DNA of 64,000 bases, taken from assembly GCF_963921235.1 (NCBI RefSeq), contig NC_086101.1:14632001-14696000 (forward strand), written 5' to 3'. The stretch is from Mobula hypostoma (Eukaryota). Shown here one piece after another: positions 12,932 through 24,894 of the stretch. Position numbers and translations under genes: made by a program. A model generated the notes under the pieces. The model was not told the DNA's origin, did no database searches, and was given only the letters and a program-made list of their open reading frames with translations. Positions within the stretch are counted from its first letter, which is position 1, and the number at the start of each line of letters is the position of its first letter.

Positions 12932-13843
12932 AAGTGCATAAATTATTACTCCTTATGATTTAAACCTGAATTAAAGCCAAATGGTATTGAATTCGTTCAG
13001 AAAGCAGGATAATGCTTATGGCAGAATGATAGGGTTAACGTATGAAGAGCGTTCGATGATTCTGTCCTGTACGCACAGGGGTTTAGAAGAACGGTGGGAG
13101 TGGGGGGGGTAGGGTGTCTCATTGAAACCTATTGAATATTGAACAGACTAGATAGAGTGGATGTGGAGAAGATGTTTCCTATAGTATTGGCGTCTAGGAC
13201 CAGAGGGTACAGCCTCGGAGTAGAGGAATATCCCATATATCCCATTAGGACAGAGATGCAAGTTCTTGCTTCTCCCTTCCTTTTTATACTGGCTATGTCT
13301 TCTGTATCTTTCAGTCCTCTTGAAGAGTCTTGATCGAAACACTGAAGACATAGGTGTAATTGGCCGACTCGGGCTTGTTGACCAGGAAGGGCTAGTTTCC
13401 GTGCTGTCTAAAAGTACATTTATTATCCGCAAACTATGGACTGATTTCCTATGGAAACAAGTTTGCCCCATTCACTCTGTCTGATCACTATTAATTTCAT
13501 ATACCTAAATAAACAATAAAGCCGACATAACAGCTATGCTTGTTTAATCTGTAGATATGAGTGCATAAATTGAACTAGGACAGAGGTATTATTTATAAAT
13601 AGGACAGAATCTAATCCGAAGGCCAGGCAATGTTTATGACAAATGAGATGATGTAGAGTTATGCTTGCTGTTTACTCCACTTCTATGGAAGGCCATTGCC
13701 GTAACCCGGCGTGGGAAACGCAGCTATTAATCTACATTCATGTTTAACTCATTTGAGAACCTTATAGTGCAACATTCTGATAATTCATGACGAAGACAGC
13801 CACCAAACATTGGCATTCAAATTGTGATTGTTTTTACTTCCAG

Positions 13844-14188
13844 GAAACGTCGGAGTCCCAATAACAGTCAGGCAGTGGCCTCTGTGGGTCACTGTTACTG
13901 AAGGGGAGACGGCTAAATTGAATTGTACCTTCAGCCAGAATACAGTCCATTCGGGACGCAGACTAATCGGAGCCATCAGTTGGTACAAAGACGTGAAAAG
14001 CCGATCCGTTTGCAACATGTGCAGTGAGTATAGTGGTCGCGTTCTGGAAAACACTTCATTTGGCATTCCAAGCGCAACTATCGAAATAAGCGACCTCACG
14101 GTGACAGATACAGGAAGGTATTACTGCCAAGTGGATATATTATTGGAAGGAAAACATTTTGGAAACGGGACGGAAGTCACAGTCATAC
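13844..14188 (+). CDS. NCR3: Ig V-set (joined VJ-type) exon V2, NCR3/NKp30-like
   Basis: Acceptor ttttacttccag| at 13843, donor C|gtaagt at 14189, 345 nt, phase 1-1. EGETAKLNC, SWYKD, DLTVTDTGRYYC, FGNGTEVTV. 53/114 residues identical to V1 by manual gapless alignment. Confidence 0.87.
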
Positions 14189-14419
14189 GTAAGTTTGCAA
14201 TAATTTGTCTTCATTTCCATAGTTCTACCCACCAATATCGTTCTCCCACAAGATGAAAAACAGCTGCATCAATTTAAAAATAAGCGACAGATATTTGGAA
14301 TATAATTAATATTTAAAGGTGGTTACTACTGTTCACAAAGTGAGCTAGATGTTCACTTGGACGAGGTTATCGTGCTACTGGTAATGACAAATTGAATAGA
14401 GACTGGCATTACCACCTTT

Positions 14420-14760
14420 TTCAAATTATTTATTAATTTACGGGATGTGGGTATCGCCACCTCAACCAACATTTATTGCCTGTCCCCAGTTGACCTTGAG
14501 AAGGAGATGATGGGCTGTCGTCTTGAACCGCTGCAGTCCCTGAGGTGTGGGTACACCCACGGTGATCTTAGGGAGGGAATTCCATGATTTTGACCCAGCG
14601 ACAATTAAAGAATGGCGATATGTTTCCAAGTCAGGATGGTGAGTGACTTGGGGGGTGGAATTCAAAGTGGTGGTGTTCCCAAGTATCTGTTGTTCTCGTC
14701 CTTCTAGATGGTACTAGTTGTTGATCTGGAAGGTGCTGCCTTAGGAACATTGGTGTGTTG
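14420..14760 (-). mobile_element. CR1/L2-type LINE 3' fragment
   Basis: ORF 14462-14665 (SKSWNSLP...QRFKTTAHHLLLK) is typical of the CR1/L2 C-terminus. Confidence 0.65.
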
Positions 14761-15439
14761 TTGCAATATATTGGACAATTTGTCAGTGGGGAATGTTTTA
14801 CCCGAACTTTCTAACTAGGCAACAGACGGAATCGCACAACACACGACACAATTTTACAATAGAGGTAATAACTATAATGTTGAGAAAGACGTCAATATTC
14901 TGATCCCGCAAGTTTTTCGATAGTTTTTAGATTAAAGTAAGAAAGCCACATGCATGTTGGTTCATAAAAGTAGATATTGAACAATACTCTGCTTGGTCTA
15001 GGAGCTTGATATCACCTTACAGCCCTTATTAAGATTTGATCGTCATTTCAAACATAGGAAGCTATTTATTCTGGTTATTGGAGCATGTGGCTGCTGAAAT
15101 TGCAGTAATCCTTACCAAACTAATGGTTGCTTTCTAAAGTCATATCCTCCTATTAGGAATTTAAAACAGAGTCGCAAGAACAAACGTAAGGACATAATCG
15201 TAAAGATACCGTGCAAAAAAAAATACATGGGTCTCCGGAGCATTAAAACTAGCATGACAGCCGTTTTTTGTGGGCGAGTTTTTCAGGGCAATTGAGGCAG
15301 AGTAAATGGCAGAATATGACATCTGGGGAAGTTACGTCCAGGTAGTTAACTGCATCTGGATGAAATGGCTATAGTCCACTGTTGCATACTACAATGTACG
15401 TCTCCCTTTATTAGAAGTTACTATGATACTCAAACCACC

Positions 15440-15650
15440 TGTCTGGCACCAACAATCATTCCACGGTCAAAGTCTTTTAAATCACATTTTCCTCCATTCT
15501 GATGTTTGGTCTGAACAACAATTGCACCTCTTGACCATGCCTCCATGCATATATGCATTAAGTTGCTTTCACACGATTGGCTGATTAGATACTTGTATGG
15601 ACGAGCAGTTGTATAGGGGTGACTAATAAAGTGGCTGCTGAGTGTATGTT
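15440..15650 (-). mobile_element. Tc1-like remnant
   Basis: GGKCDLKDFDRGMIVGAR in ORF 15430-15711; terminal repeat ctaataaagtggctgctgagtgta. Confidence 0.75.
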
Positions 15651-17013
15651 TAGCGGTGCACATTAGGTTGAATTTGCTCCACTTGTGTCTCCCTGTTGCG
15701 CGCACAATCAAATTCTGCGAATAGACAATTCTGAAAATAGCAAATAAAACGTTTGTATGAAGGGGTTAGCACTAGCTGAGAAATATTTTTAATGACTCGA
15801 CGTGCATAAAATATTTTTGGAATGCAATGTGACAAGCGCTTCTTTAATTAGGCATACAACATCACGCGTCCATCTGCGGTCAATCTGATTGCAAAACAAC
15901 GCAATATGCCGGTGATCAGAGATAAGACTGCTTTTCCTTTCTATGATAGACATGTCATCTTTAATTTCAAACAATCAAATTAACAGTCCGGAAGTAAATG
16001 GGGAATAATTATGGTTCGAAATGTTCAGTGAAAGTCTGTCGTATAAGCAGAGTACTTGGCAGGGAGCTCAAAAGCAAGAGCAGAGAGAAGTGTAGGGAAC
16101 AGGCAGACAGGCATATACAGAGAGCAAGAGAGAGAGCGAGAGAGAGGGAGAGAGAGAAGAAAAGAAAATGGATAGATAAGACAGGGGTCGGGCAATGTGT
16201 ATCCTACGTCATTAGCTGTCAAATGCGCCATAGAACGATAAATGACCACAAGATTAAATAATCAGTACAATAAAAACTCAATTACTAATCTCGATAGAGA
16301 AAAATTGCTTTAATTGTATTCAATATTCAATCAATAAATTTACTAGAAAATTAAAACAGGACATTTCAAAATGTTGTCTTATCTCATAGAATGAACACTT
16401 GTCAAATCGGAAGTCATAACTATTCGTTGTTGCTGCACAAAACATGGATGCTGTGGAAATGTTTTGGAAAATAATAAAAAATGTGAATATGAAAGTACTA
16501 TTAATCAGGGGAGAGAAACAGGTTGCAAAACCTGAGCAGACTTACACCAACCCTAATATGGAAAAGTCCCGTGTTCCTATACAACATAGACGGAAGCCAC
16601 TTGGTTTATATGTTCTATGCTGGCCCACGGACTAGACCATTTTTCACTAAATCCTCCTGAAACCGACTCTTCCATATTCCTATTAATTATGCTTCACACT
16701 ATAGGTAATATGCAGTTGTGAACTAACTTACAAATCCGCGTCCTTGGCATGAAAGAGGAAACTGGCACAACTGGGAAGAAACCCATGCTGTAACAGAGAT
16801 CTTAGTCTGTACGAAAAATGGGGTGGAGAGGGATAATAAATTTGCCATGGTGAAATGGGGGATAGACTGGAAGGGCCGAATGGTCTTCCAGGGATAGTAG
16901 CTGTGCTAGATACGCTGCTTCCCACGCTCTTGATCTGTGTTAGTATTTTCGTTTATGTAGAAAGATGTAGGCCTCAGAAACGTAGTTAGTGATTCTGATT
17001 GTTTTGTTATCAG

Positions 17014-17174
17014 CAGGCATGAAGGCAACAAACAGCGGTGGAAGGAGCTTATGTTGGCAGCTACTTGAAATGGGAGTGAAACTTATAATATTTCTTGTGA
17101 TCAACATTATAACGGTTCTCTTCATCCGTTCCCAGAGGTCTCGTGGAATTGTCAACAGGAACAAATTAATCTAA
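17014..17174 (+). CDS. Terminal stalk/transmembrane/short cytoplasmic tail exon of gene 1
   Basis: Acceptor ttgttatcag|cag (NAGNAG; both choices phase 1). Encodes GMKATNSGGRSLCWQLLEMGVKLIIFLVINIITVLFIRSQRSRGIVNRNKLI*: a hydrophobic span followed by basic residues and a stop. Confidence 0.75.
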
Positions 17175-17619
17175 CATGGAATTTCCAAACGGAATAGTAG
17201 ACTGCTTTTGATGTTGTGTTTATTGCTAATGAGTGAGAATAACTGCATATCTAATTATTAAATACAGAAAAGGACTGTGTATTTTATTGCCTTTCAGAAT
17301 ATTGCTCTGTAACACAGCACATGGGTATTTTTCAGATAAATATATTACATCCAACGATAGCATCAAAAGATCACGTCAATATATATTAATCCCATATGCC
17401 GCTTTAGGCCCGAATACCTCCACGCATTTCCTATCGACTGCCGAAACTACGTATGAATATCGTAATTATATCTGCCTCTATTGTCTTCTCTGGAAGGCCA
17501 TGACAGATATTAACCACATATGACATGCTTATATGATATCTTACTAAAAGCTGTATTTTACTAAATATGATTATCCAGTTTATTCTGACTGACCGCGATG
17601 GTTAATGGCAGTCGTACCG

Positions 17620-17749
17620 AATAAAAACCAAAACCTTCCATCTTGAGGGAAGAGAATTACTTGTTGAGCAGCAACAGGGAAAAAAATAACCACGGAAATA
17701 ACGGGAAACAATCGACAGCCTGGACAGCCCAGACTTGGAAATCAATAAA
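17620..17749 (+). terminator. Candidate polyadenylation signals of gene 1 (AATAAA at 17620 and 17744)
   Basis: Two AATAAA hexamers 450-570 nt after the stop codon; both are retained in the duplicate copy. Confidence 0.45.
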
Positions 17750-17929
17750 ACTTTAATCTAACGTGTAATTTTAAACGGTTGTGTGTGTGTATATCACTAA
17801 CAAGAGATAGCGTGCAATTTTCGATTCAATAAAATGCTAATATCCACCGAAATGACAATATATATATGCCCTCAGTGGCTTCGAGAAGGTGCCTCCTGTA
17901 TGTGTACAATCATGAATTTCTGCTACTGT

Positions 17930-18760
17930 TGTCATAAGGGCGGTGGCTCGGAACGGACCCAAGTGCAAGACACAGACACTGAAGTACTAGGGACAGGACT
18001 AGGATACAGGGTGAGGTGAAGGACATGGACACGAAAACCGGAAACCCGGAACAGGACTGGACAAGAGAGCTAGCAGCCCGGGCTTGGACTCCGAGCCAGA
18101 GACTGGACAAGAACCCAGTACCTCGGTCTTGCCTCTGGCTCGGACCCCAGAACTAGGCAAGGACGAGACTTGGCAGGCAGGCAGGACGAAGCTGAAGTCT
18201 TCAGGCTTGAGGCTAGGCAGGCTCCTCTTGGCCAGGGCACGGTTCACCTGGACAGGACGCGGTACTCCTGGGCAGGGTGCGGATCACCACCCGATGGAGG
18301 CATGGGACAGGAAGGGACAGAACCAACCGCAGGTAACGGCGAGACGGCCTGGCTTACCTGACGGAGACAAGGGACAGGAAGAGAGCTAGTTACAGGGTGT
18401 CTCCAGGACAAGACTGCAGGCGAGACGAGGTGAGAGTTACCAGCAAGACAAGGCAAGGCTTCAGGCAATGCAAGGCGAAACGAGAACTTCAGGTGAGGCG
18501 AGAGTTACCGGCAAGACAAGGCAGGGCTGCAGGCGAGGAAACAGAAGGCAGAGGAAGGGATACAAGGAGTAAGGACAAGAACAATCCAGCAGCCACGCCC
18601 TGGTCTCTGGAGGTATTTATGCAGCCAGCCCCAACGAGCATCAGCTGCCTCAATTAAAGCTCAACAAGAACAGAAACAGGGTAGACAGGAAAACCTGGAG
18701 CAAGGATAGAGGGTCCGGACCGTGAACCGGAATACGGACTGCACGGACCGGACCATAACA
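17930..18760 (-). mobile_element. Solo LTR (TGTCAT...ATAACA) with 5-bp TSD ACTGT
   Basis: actgt at 17925-17929 and 18761-18765; TGT...ACA termini; TATA-like ataaatac on the minus strand near 18613-18620. Orientation inferred from that motif only. Confidence 0.8.
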
Positions 18761-19034
18761 ACTGTAGCACATCCACTTCAAAGCTCGACTGTCCCCTTCC
18801 TGTTAGCTTCAACCAGCTAAACCATTCTCCTCTCACCCCTTTCATTACCAAGGCGATTTCACCCACAGAACTGCCGCTCACTGGATGTTTTGTTTTGTTG
18901 TTGTTGTTTCATGCACCATCCTCTAAACTCTAGAGACTGTCTATTTGTCTGTCTATCTATCTATTTATTTATTTTTCTGCCCATCTGTCCACTATTTATT
19001 GATCTATCTATTATTCATTCATTTATTAATTACT

Positions 19035-19306
19035 GATGGGTACAACGCGGAATAGTCCCACTGAGCCGCACCACCTAGCGACCCACCTATTTAACCCTGG
19101 ACTAATCACAGGACAGTTTACAATGACGAGTTAACCTACTAGTCGTTTTGTCTTTCAACTGTGGGAGGAAACCAGAACATCCAGAGGAAACTCATGCATT
19201 CACGGGGAGAAACGGACACACTTCTGACAGACGACGTCGGCATTGCACTCCGAATTCCGAGCCTGCAGCTATAATAGCGTCGCGCTGACAACTACGCTAC
19301 CATGGC
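19035..19306 (-). mobile_element. tRNA-derived SINE (HE1/V-SINE-like)
   Basis: Minus strand reads gccatggtagcgtagttgtcagcgcgacgctattatagctgcag..., a tRNA-like head plus core. Family name tentative. Duplicate at ~55915-56185. Confidence 0.65.
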
Positions 19307-19856
19307 TGGTAAGATATTTACATTAACAAGCAGGTCTACATGTGTACCCTAATAAAGTGGTCACTGAGTGCAGTTTCACTGTGCATTTTTTCTAAATTAA
19401 TAGGCATTAATGTAGTCAAACGCGATAGCGCCCAGTGACCGCACAGCAATTCACTTCTGCACGGATTTGAGTCACGCCGTGCAGCCTCTAGGTGTCGCCA
19501 GATCTCATCTACAGTCCACTGCAGAAATAGAGCAATACAAAAACTAGAGCACAGTACACATAAATCAGCCGCAACGTCTGCAATTAAAAAAGAAAATTAA
19601 ATAAAAGCTTTGAAACACTTAACACGTCAGGCTCATTTGGAGACAAGGAAACAAAGTTGAGTTTCTAGATTTTTTTCAGAACTTAATTCATATATTTTCG
19701 CCACGTTCAATTTGATGCAGTCACTGGCGCTTCTTGAGTGAGATACATCTGGTCATTAGTCCCAGTGTTTCATTGCAATTCCACATCATCCCCCATTCTA
19801 TGCTGTAGTGAGCGATGTTCTAATCTGATCCATAAGGATTTGGTCCAAACAAATCC

Positions 19857-21302
19857 TTTCACCCTGCCCTCAAGTTTTGCCTCCAACTTTCACTCTGCCC
19901 TCGTTTACTTGGTCCATTTCGGACACCTCCCTCCCCTTTCTAGATCTTTCTGTCTCTGTCTCTGGAGACAGCTTATGCACTGATGTCTACTATAAGCCTA
20001 CTGACTCTCACAGCTATCTGGACTATTCCTCTTCTCACCCTGTCTCTTGCAAAAACGCCATCCCCTTCGCACAATTCCTCCGTCTCCGCCGCATCTGCTC
20101 TCAGGATGAAGCTTTTCATTCTAGGACGAGGGAGGTGTCCTCCTTTTTTAAAGAAAGGGGCTTCCCTTCCTCCACCATCAACTCTGCTCTTGAACTCATC
20201 TCCCCCATTTCACATACATCTGCTCTCACTCCATCCTCCCACCACCCCACTAGGAATAGGGTTCCCCTGGTCCTCACCTACCACCCCACCAGCCTCCGGG
20301 TCCAACATATTATTCTCCGTAACTTCCGCCACCTCCAACTAAGCACACCTTTCCCTCCCCCACTCTCTCTCTGCTTTCTGCAGGGATCGCTCCCTACGTG
20401 ACTCCCTTGTCCATTCGTCTCCCCCATCCCTCCCGACTGATCTCCCTCCTGGCACTTATCCGTGTAAGCGGAACAAGTGCTACACATGCCCTTACACTTC
20501 CTCCCCTACCACCATTCAGGGCCCCAAACAGTCCTTCCAGGTGAGGCGACACTTCACCTGTGAGTCGGCTGGGGTGATATACTGCGTCCGGTGCTCCCGA
20601 TGTGGCCTCTTATATATTGGCGAGACCCGACGCAGACTGGGAGACTGCTTTGCTGAACACCTATGCTCTGTCCTCCAGAGAAAGCAGAATCTCCCAGTGG
20701 CCACACATTTTAATTCCACATCCCATTCCCATTCTGACATGTCTATCCATGGCCTCCTCTACTGTAAAGATGAAGCCACACTCAGGTTGGAGGAACAACA
20801 CCTTATATTCCGTCTGGGTAGCCTCCAACCTGATGGCATGAACATCGACTTCTCTAACTTCCGCTAAGGCCCCACCTCCCCCTCGTACCCCATCTGTTAC
20901 TTTTATTTACACACATTCTTTCTCTCACTCTCTTTTTTCTCCCTCTGTCCCTCTGAATATACCCCTTGCCCATCCTCTGGATTCCCCCCCCCCAACGTCT
21001 TTCTTCCCGGACCTCCTGTCCCATGATCCTCTCGTATCCCTTTTGCCAATCACCTGTCCAGCTTTTGGCTCCATCCCTCCCCCTCCTGTCTTCTCCTATC
21101 ATTTTGGATCTCCCACTCCCCCTCCCACTTTCAAATCTCTTACTCACTCTTTCTTCAGTTAGTCCTGATGAAGGGTCTCGGCCTGAAATGTCGACTGCGC
21201 CTCTTCCTACAGATGCTGCCTGGCCTGCTCCATTCACCAGCAACTTTGATGTGTGTTGCTTGAATTTCCAGCATCTGCAGAATTCCTGTTGTTTGCATCT
21301 TT
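19857..21302 (+). mobile_element. Penelope-like element (RT C-terminus + GIY-YIG endonuclease), 5'-truncated, present only in copy A
   Basis: ORF 19877-20401 (LPFLDL, YYKPTDSHSYL, FLRLRRICS) and ORF 20541-20867 (VIYCVRC..CGLLYIGET.R.L...FAEH). aaatcc flanks it at 19851-19856 and 21303-21308; the empty site is at ~56624. Confidence 0.92.
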
Positions 21303-22483
21303 AAATCCACAACAAATCCTTAACCTGAAAAGACACTCCTCTCCGTGCTCATCAAATACTTTGAAAATATGATGCCATTCACTTTCACTATGTTTCCAGG
21401 CAACGTGTCTTAGAATTGCAGTTGAAAAAATGCCCCTTCTCCGTAATCCATAAATACTATTACTTCGTATCAATGTCTGGTAGTTTTGTTTCGCTGATGT
21501 GAAAGATTTATTTCCTATATATGTGACCTCTAGTTATCCCTTACTTTTCCACATCTCAGCGAAGATTTTTACTAAAGCACATACCAGCTAATCTCTTCTC
21601 ACAGAAACCTAGTAACGTAGAACATAGAAAACCTACAGCACAATGCAGGCCCTTTGGCCCACAATCCTGTGCCGAACATGTACTTACTTTAGAAATTATC
21701 CAGGGTTACCCATTGTCCTCATGATTAGTAGTTTGTAAGTGTTGGCATCACACTTGAACTCGGTTACTATACTGACCCAACCTTGCTAATTCCGTGTCTT
21801 GGTATCGTAGACCTATTGTACGCTAAGCCTCGGCGCAGCAGGGTTCTCAGGAGGTAAATGGGCCTCAGATTGTAGAACCAGACATTGAAAATAATTTGTG
21901 AAAAGATTAAATCGGTTAGAGCAATAAATTGCTGAAATTGAGCTCACATGCATTACTTACGCTAGTGGCTCGTTCAACACTCTTACGAGACCCTGAGTGA
22001 AGAAGTGTTCCCTTACTTTCCCCGTAAACATTTCACGTTCCACGCTTAACCCATGATCTCTAGTTGTAGTCCCACTCAAATTCAGTGGAAAAAGCCTGCT
22101 TGCATTTGCCCTATCCTTCATAATTTTGTACACCTCTACCAAATCTCCTCTCACTTTTACGTTGAAAGGAATGAAGTCCTTACCGACTCAATCTTTCCTT
22201 ATAATGCAGGTCCTCCAGTCCAGACAACATAGAAACATAGAAACATGGAAACGTAGGAAATCTACAGCGCAATACAGGCCCTTTGGCCCACAGAGTTGTG
22301 CCCAACATGCCCCTACTTTAGAAATTACTAGGCTGACCTATAACCCTCTATTTTACTAAGCTCCATGTACCTATCTAAAAGTCACTTAAAAGACCCTATC
22401 ATATCCGCCTCCACCATCGTTGCTGGCAGCCCATTCCACGCACTCACCATTCTCTGCGTAAAAAACTTACCCCTGACATCTCC

Positions 22484-23637
22484 ATCATCCATCATCCCGC
22501 AGAGACTAGTGGAGAAACTGTCGCTGCTTGGCCTGAGCACTGCCATGTGTCGCTGGATTCTGGATTTCTTGACGGAGAGACCACAGTCAGTCCGTGTTGG
22601 CAGGAACATCTCTGACTCCATCACACTGAGCACTGGATCCCCACAAGGCTGTGTGCTTAGCCCATTGCTGTTTACACTGCTAACACATGACTGTGCAGCC
22701 AGATTCAAGGAGAATCTGATCATTAAATTTGCAGATGATACCACAGTGGTGGGGCTCATCAGCAAAAATGATGAAACTATGTACAGGGAGGAGGTCAAAC
22801 ACCTAGCGAGCTGGTGCAGGGATAACAACTTGATGCTTAATGTCACCAAAACCAAGGAGATGATCCTCGATTTCAGACGGTCTCAGCCTGAGCACACACC
22901 CCTCAGCATCAGTCGCTCCACAGTGGAGGGAGTGGAAAACATCAAGTTCCTTGGGGTGCAGATCTCGGACAATCTCACCTTGTCCAGGAACACCACTGGA
23001 ATTGTGAAACGGGCCCAGCAGAGATTGCACTTTCTGAGGAAGCTTAAACAAGCATCACTCCCCACTAACATCTTAACTACATTCTACAGAGGCGTGGTTG
23101 AGAGTGTGCTGACCTTTTGCATCACAACTTGGTACTCCAGCTGTAGTGATGTCGACAAAAAAGCCTTGCAGAGGGTGGTTAGGGGAGCAGAGAAGGTTAT
23201 TGGGGTCTCCCTACCTTCTGTCCAAGACCTCTTTCAGAGTCGATGCCTCCAGAAGACACGATACATCATTAAAGACCCCTCACACCCTCTACATGAACTG
23301 TTTGTTCTTCTGCCATCAGGCAAACGTTACAGGAGCATCAAAACTAAAACCATAAGGCTACTAAACAGCTTCCTCCCACAGGCAGTCAGACTGCTAAATA
23401 GCTGCTCCACCTGACTCTGCTTTGGACACTTTTAACTTGCACTGGACACTTATAACTTGATTTTAACTGACATGTGGCTGTTGTGTTTTACTATTTATTG
23501 TCATGTTTATTATTTAGTGTTGCGTTTGTTATGTTATGATTGCACTGCCCCTGAGAAACGCTGTCTCATTCTGCCCTGCAGAGCTGATGTACGGTTAGAA
23601 TGACAATAAAGTTTTCTGAATCTTGAATCTTGAATCA
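22484..23637 (+). mobile_element. Rex1/Babar-like LINE, 5'-truncated, intact RT C-terminus, inserted in a CR1 tail, present only in copy A
   Basis: ORF 22365-23414 ([28 protein letters not shown]); AATAAA then (TCTTGAA)n tail. Copy B reads ...acatctcc|tctgtacc... uninterrupted at ~59935. Confidence 0.9.
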
Positions 23638-24894
23638 TCTGTACCTTGTAAATTGTACCTGTAAACATCCTTGTAAATTGTCTCTATACTCTTTCAACCA
23701 TATCTACCCCTTTCCCCTTGATTAGTGACCAAAACTGCACACAATACTCCAAATTAGGCCTCATCAACGTCTTATATATCTTCAATATTACATTGCATCC
23801 CCTCTGCTCACTAACAAGAGGAATTCTGCAGATGCTGGAAATTCAAGCAACACACATCAAAGTTGGTGGTGAACACAGCAGGCCAGGCAGCATCACAAAG
23901 AAGAAGTACAGTCAACGTTTCGGGCCGAGACCCTTCGTCAGGACTAACTGAAAGAAGAGCTAGTAAGCTATTTGAAAGGGGGAGGTGGAGATCCAAAATG
24001 ATAGGAGAAGACAGTTTCATTAGGGCACCAGCAATTTCTGCACTTGCCTCCCAGCAGGTCCGAGGGAACACCTTGTTAGGCCTGGAGATTTATCCACCCT
24101 GAGCCAGCAAGGACTTCCTCCTCTGTAATCTGTATGGGGTATATGGCCTCGCTGTTTGTCTTAATTCTACAGACTCTGTGTTCGTCTCCTGAGTAAATAC
24201 AGATGCAAATATAAAATCTACATTTAAAATCTCGTCATCTCTTTTGACTCCACACATGGATTACCAGTCTGATCTTCTAGAGGACCAATATTCCCCCTTG
24301 TAATCCTTTTGCTCTAACACGTCAGTAGGATATGTTAACGATTCTCTTAGGATTTGACTTTACTTTGTCTGTTAGGGCAGGCTTATGCCTTGTGTTAGCC
24401 CTTATAATTTGTTTATTGTGTTCTCCTTAGCAAACATGTGGAAGTTCAGACAGCCTATCCACACCCTCTCCAGTACTGCTCTTTATCATATAACAAGAAC
24501 TGCATTCTAGCCGTGGCACAGCTGGAGGACAGGGTTTAGATATGAAAGATGTAGCCGCAATTTTTATGAGAATCATAGTGGGCATCTTGTAATCTTAAAT
24601 TTAATTTCAGCATTTGTCAACATGCATATTCGAAATTTCAAACTACGCATAGAAATGAAATGTTCAAACATTCCAAGTTTTTATACATCAGTAAGTTATC
24701 CCGGCCTCTGCGCTTCTTAGAGCTCATCAATAAAGCAGGCCATAAACACAAGAGATTCTGCCACACTTGAAATCCAGTTGTGTGTGTTGCTTTTAATAAA
24801 ACTTTCAACTGGTTTATACGCTAACTCAATTGTGGTTTCATATGTTTCAGTTAACTTGTGGCTCTTTTTCTTTTTATCTGAGAACTGAGAACTT

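Noticed and set aside
13555-13590. Possible mini-exon after ttaatctgtag
   Set aside because: Stops in all three frames.
10341-14188. TCR, Ig or IgNAR V gene segments
   Set aside because: No RSS, no separate J or C exons, and the V exons splice in phase to a TM exon with no constant domain.
15287-15341. Possible stalk exon between V2 and TM
   Set aside because: 55 nt; would enter in phase 1 and leave in phase 2, breaking frame, and has no counterpart in gene 2.
17233-17523. 96-aa ORF conserved in both duplicates (also 53930-54220)
   Set aside because: Lies in the predicted 3'UTR, starts at GTG, has no recognisable domain; conservation is explained by the recent duplication.
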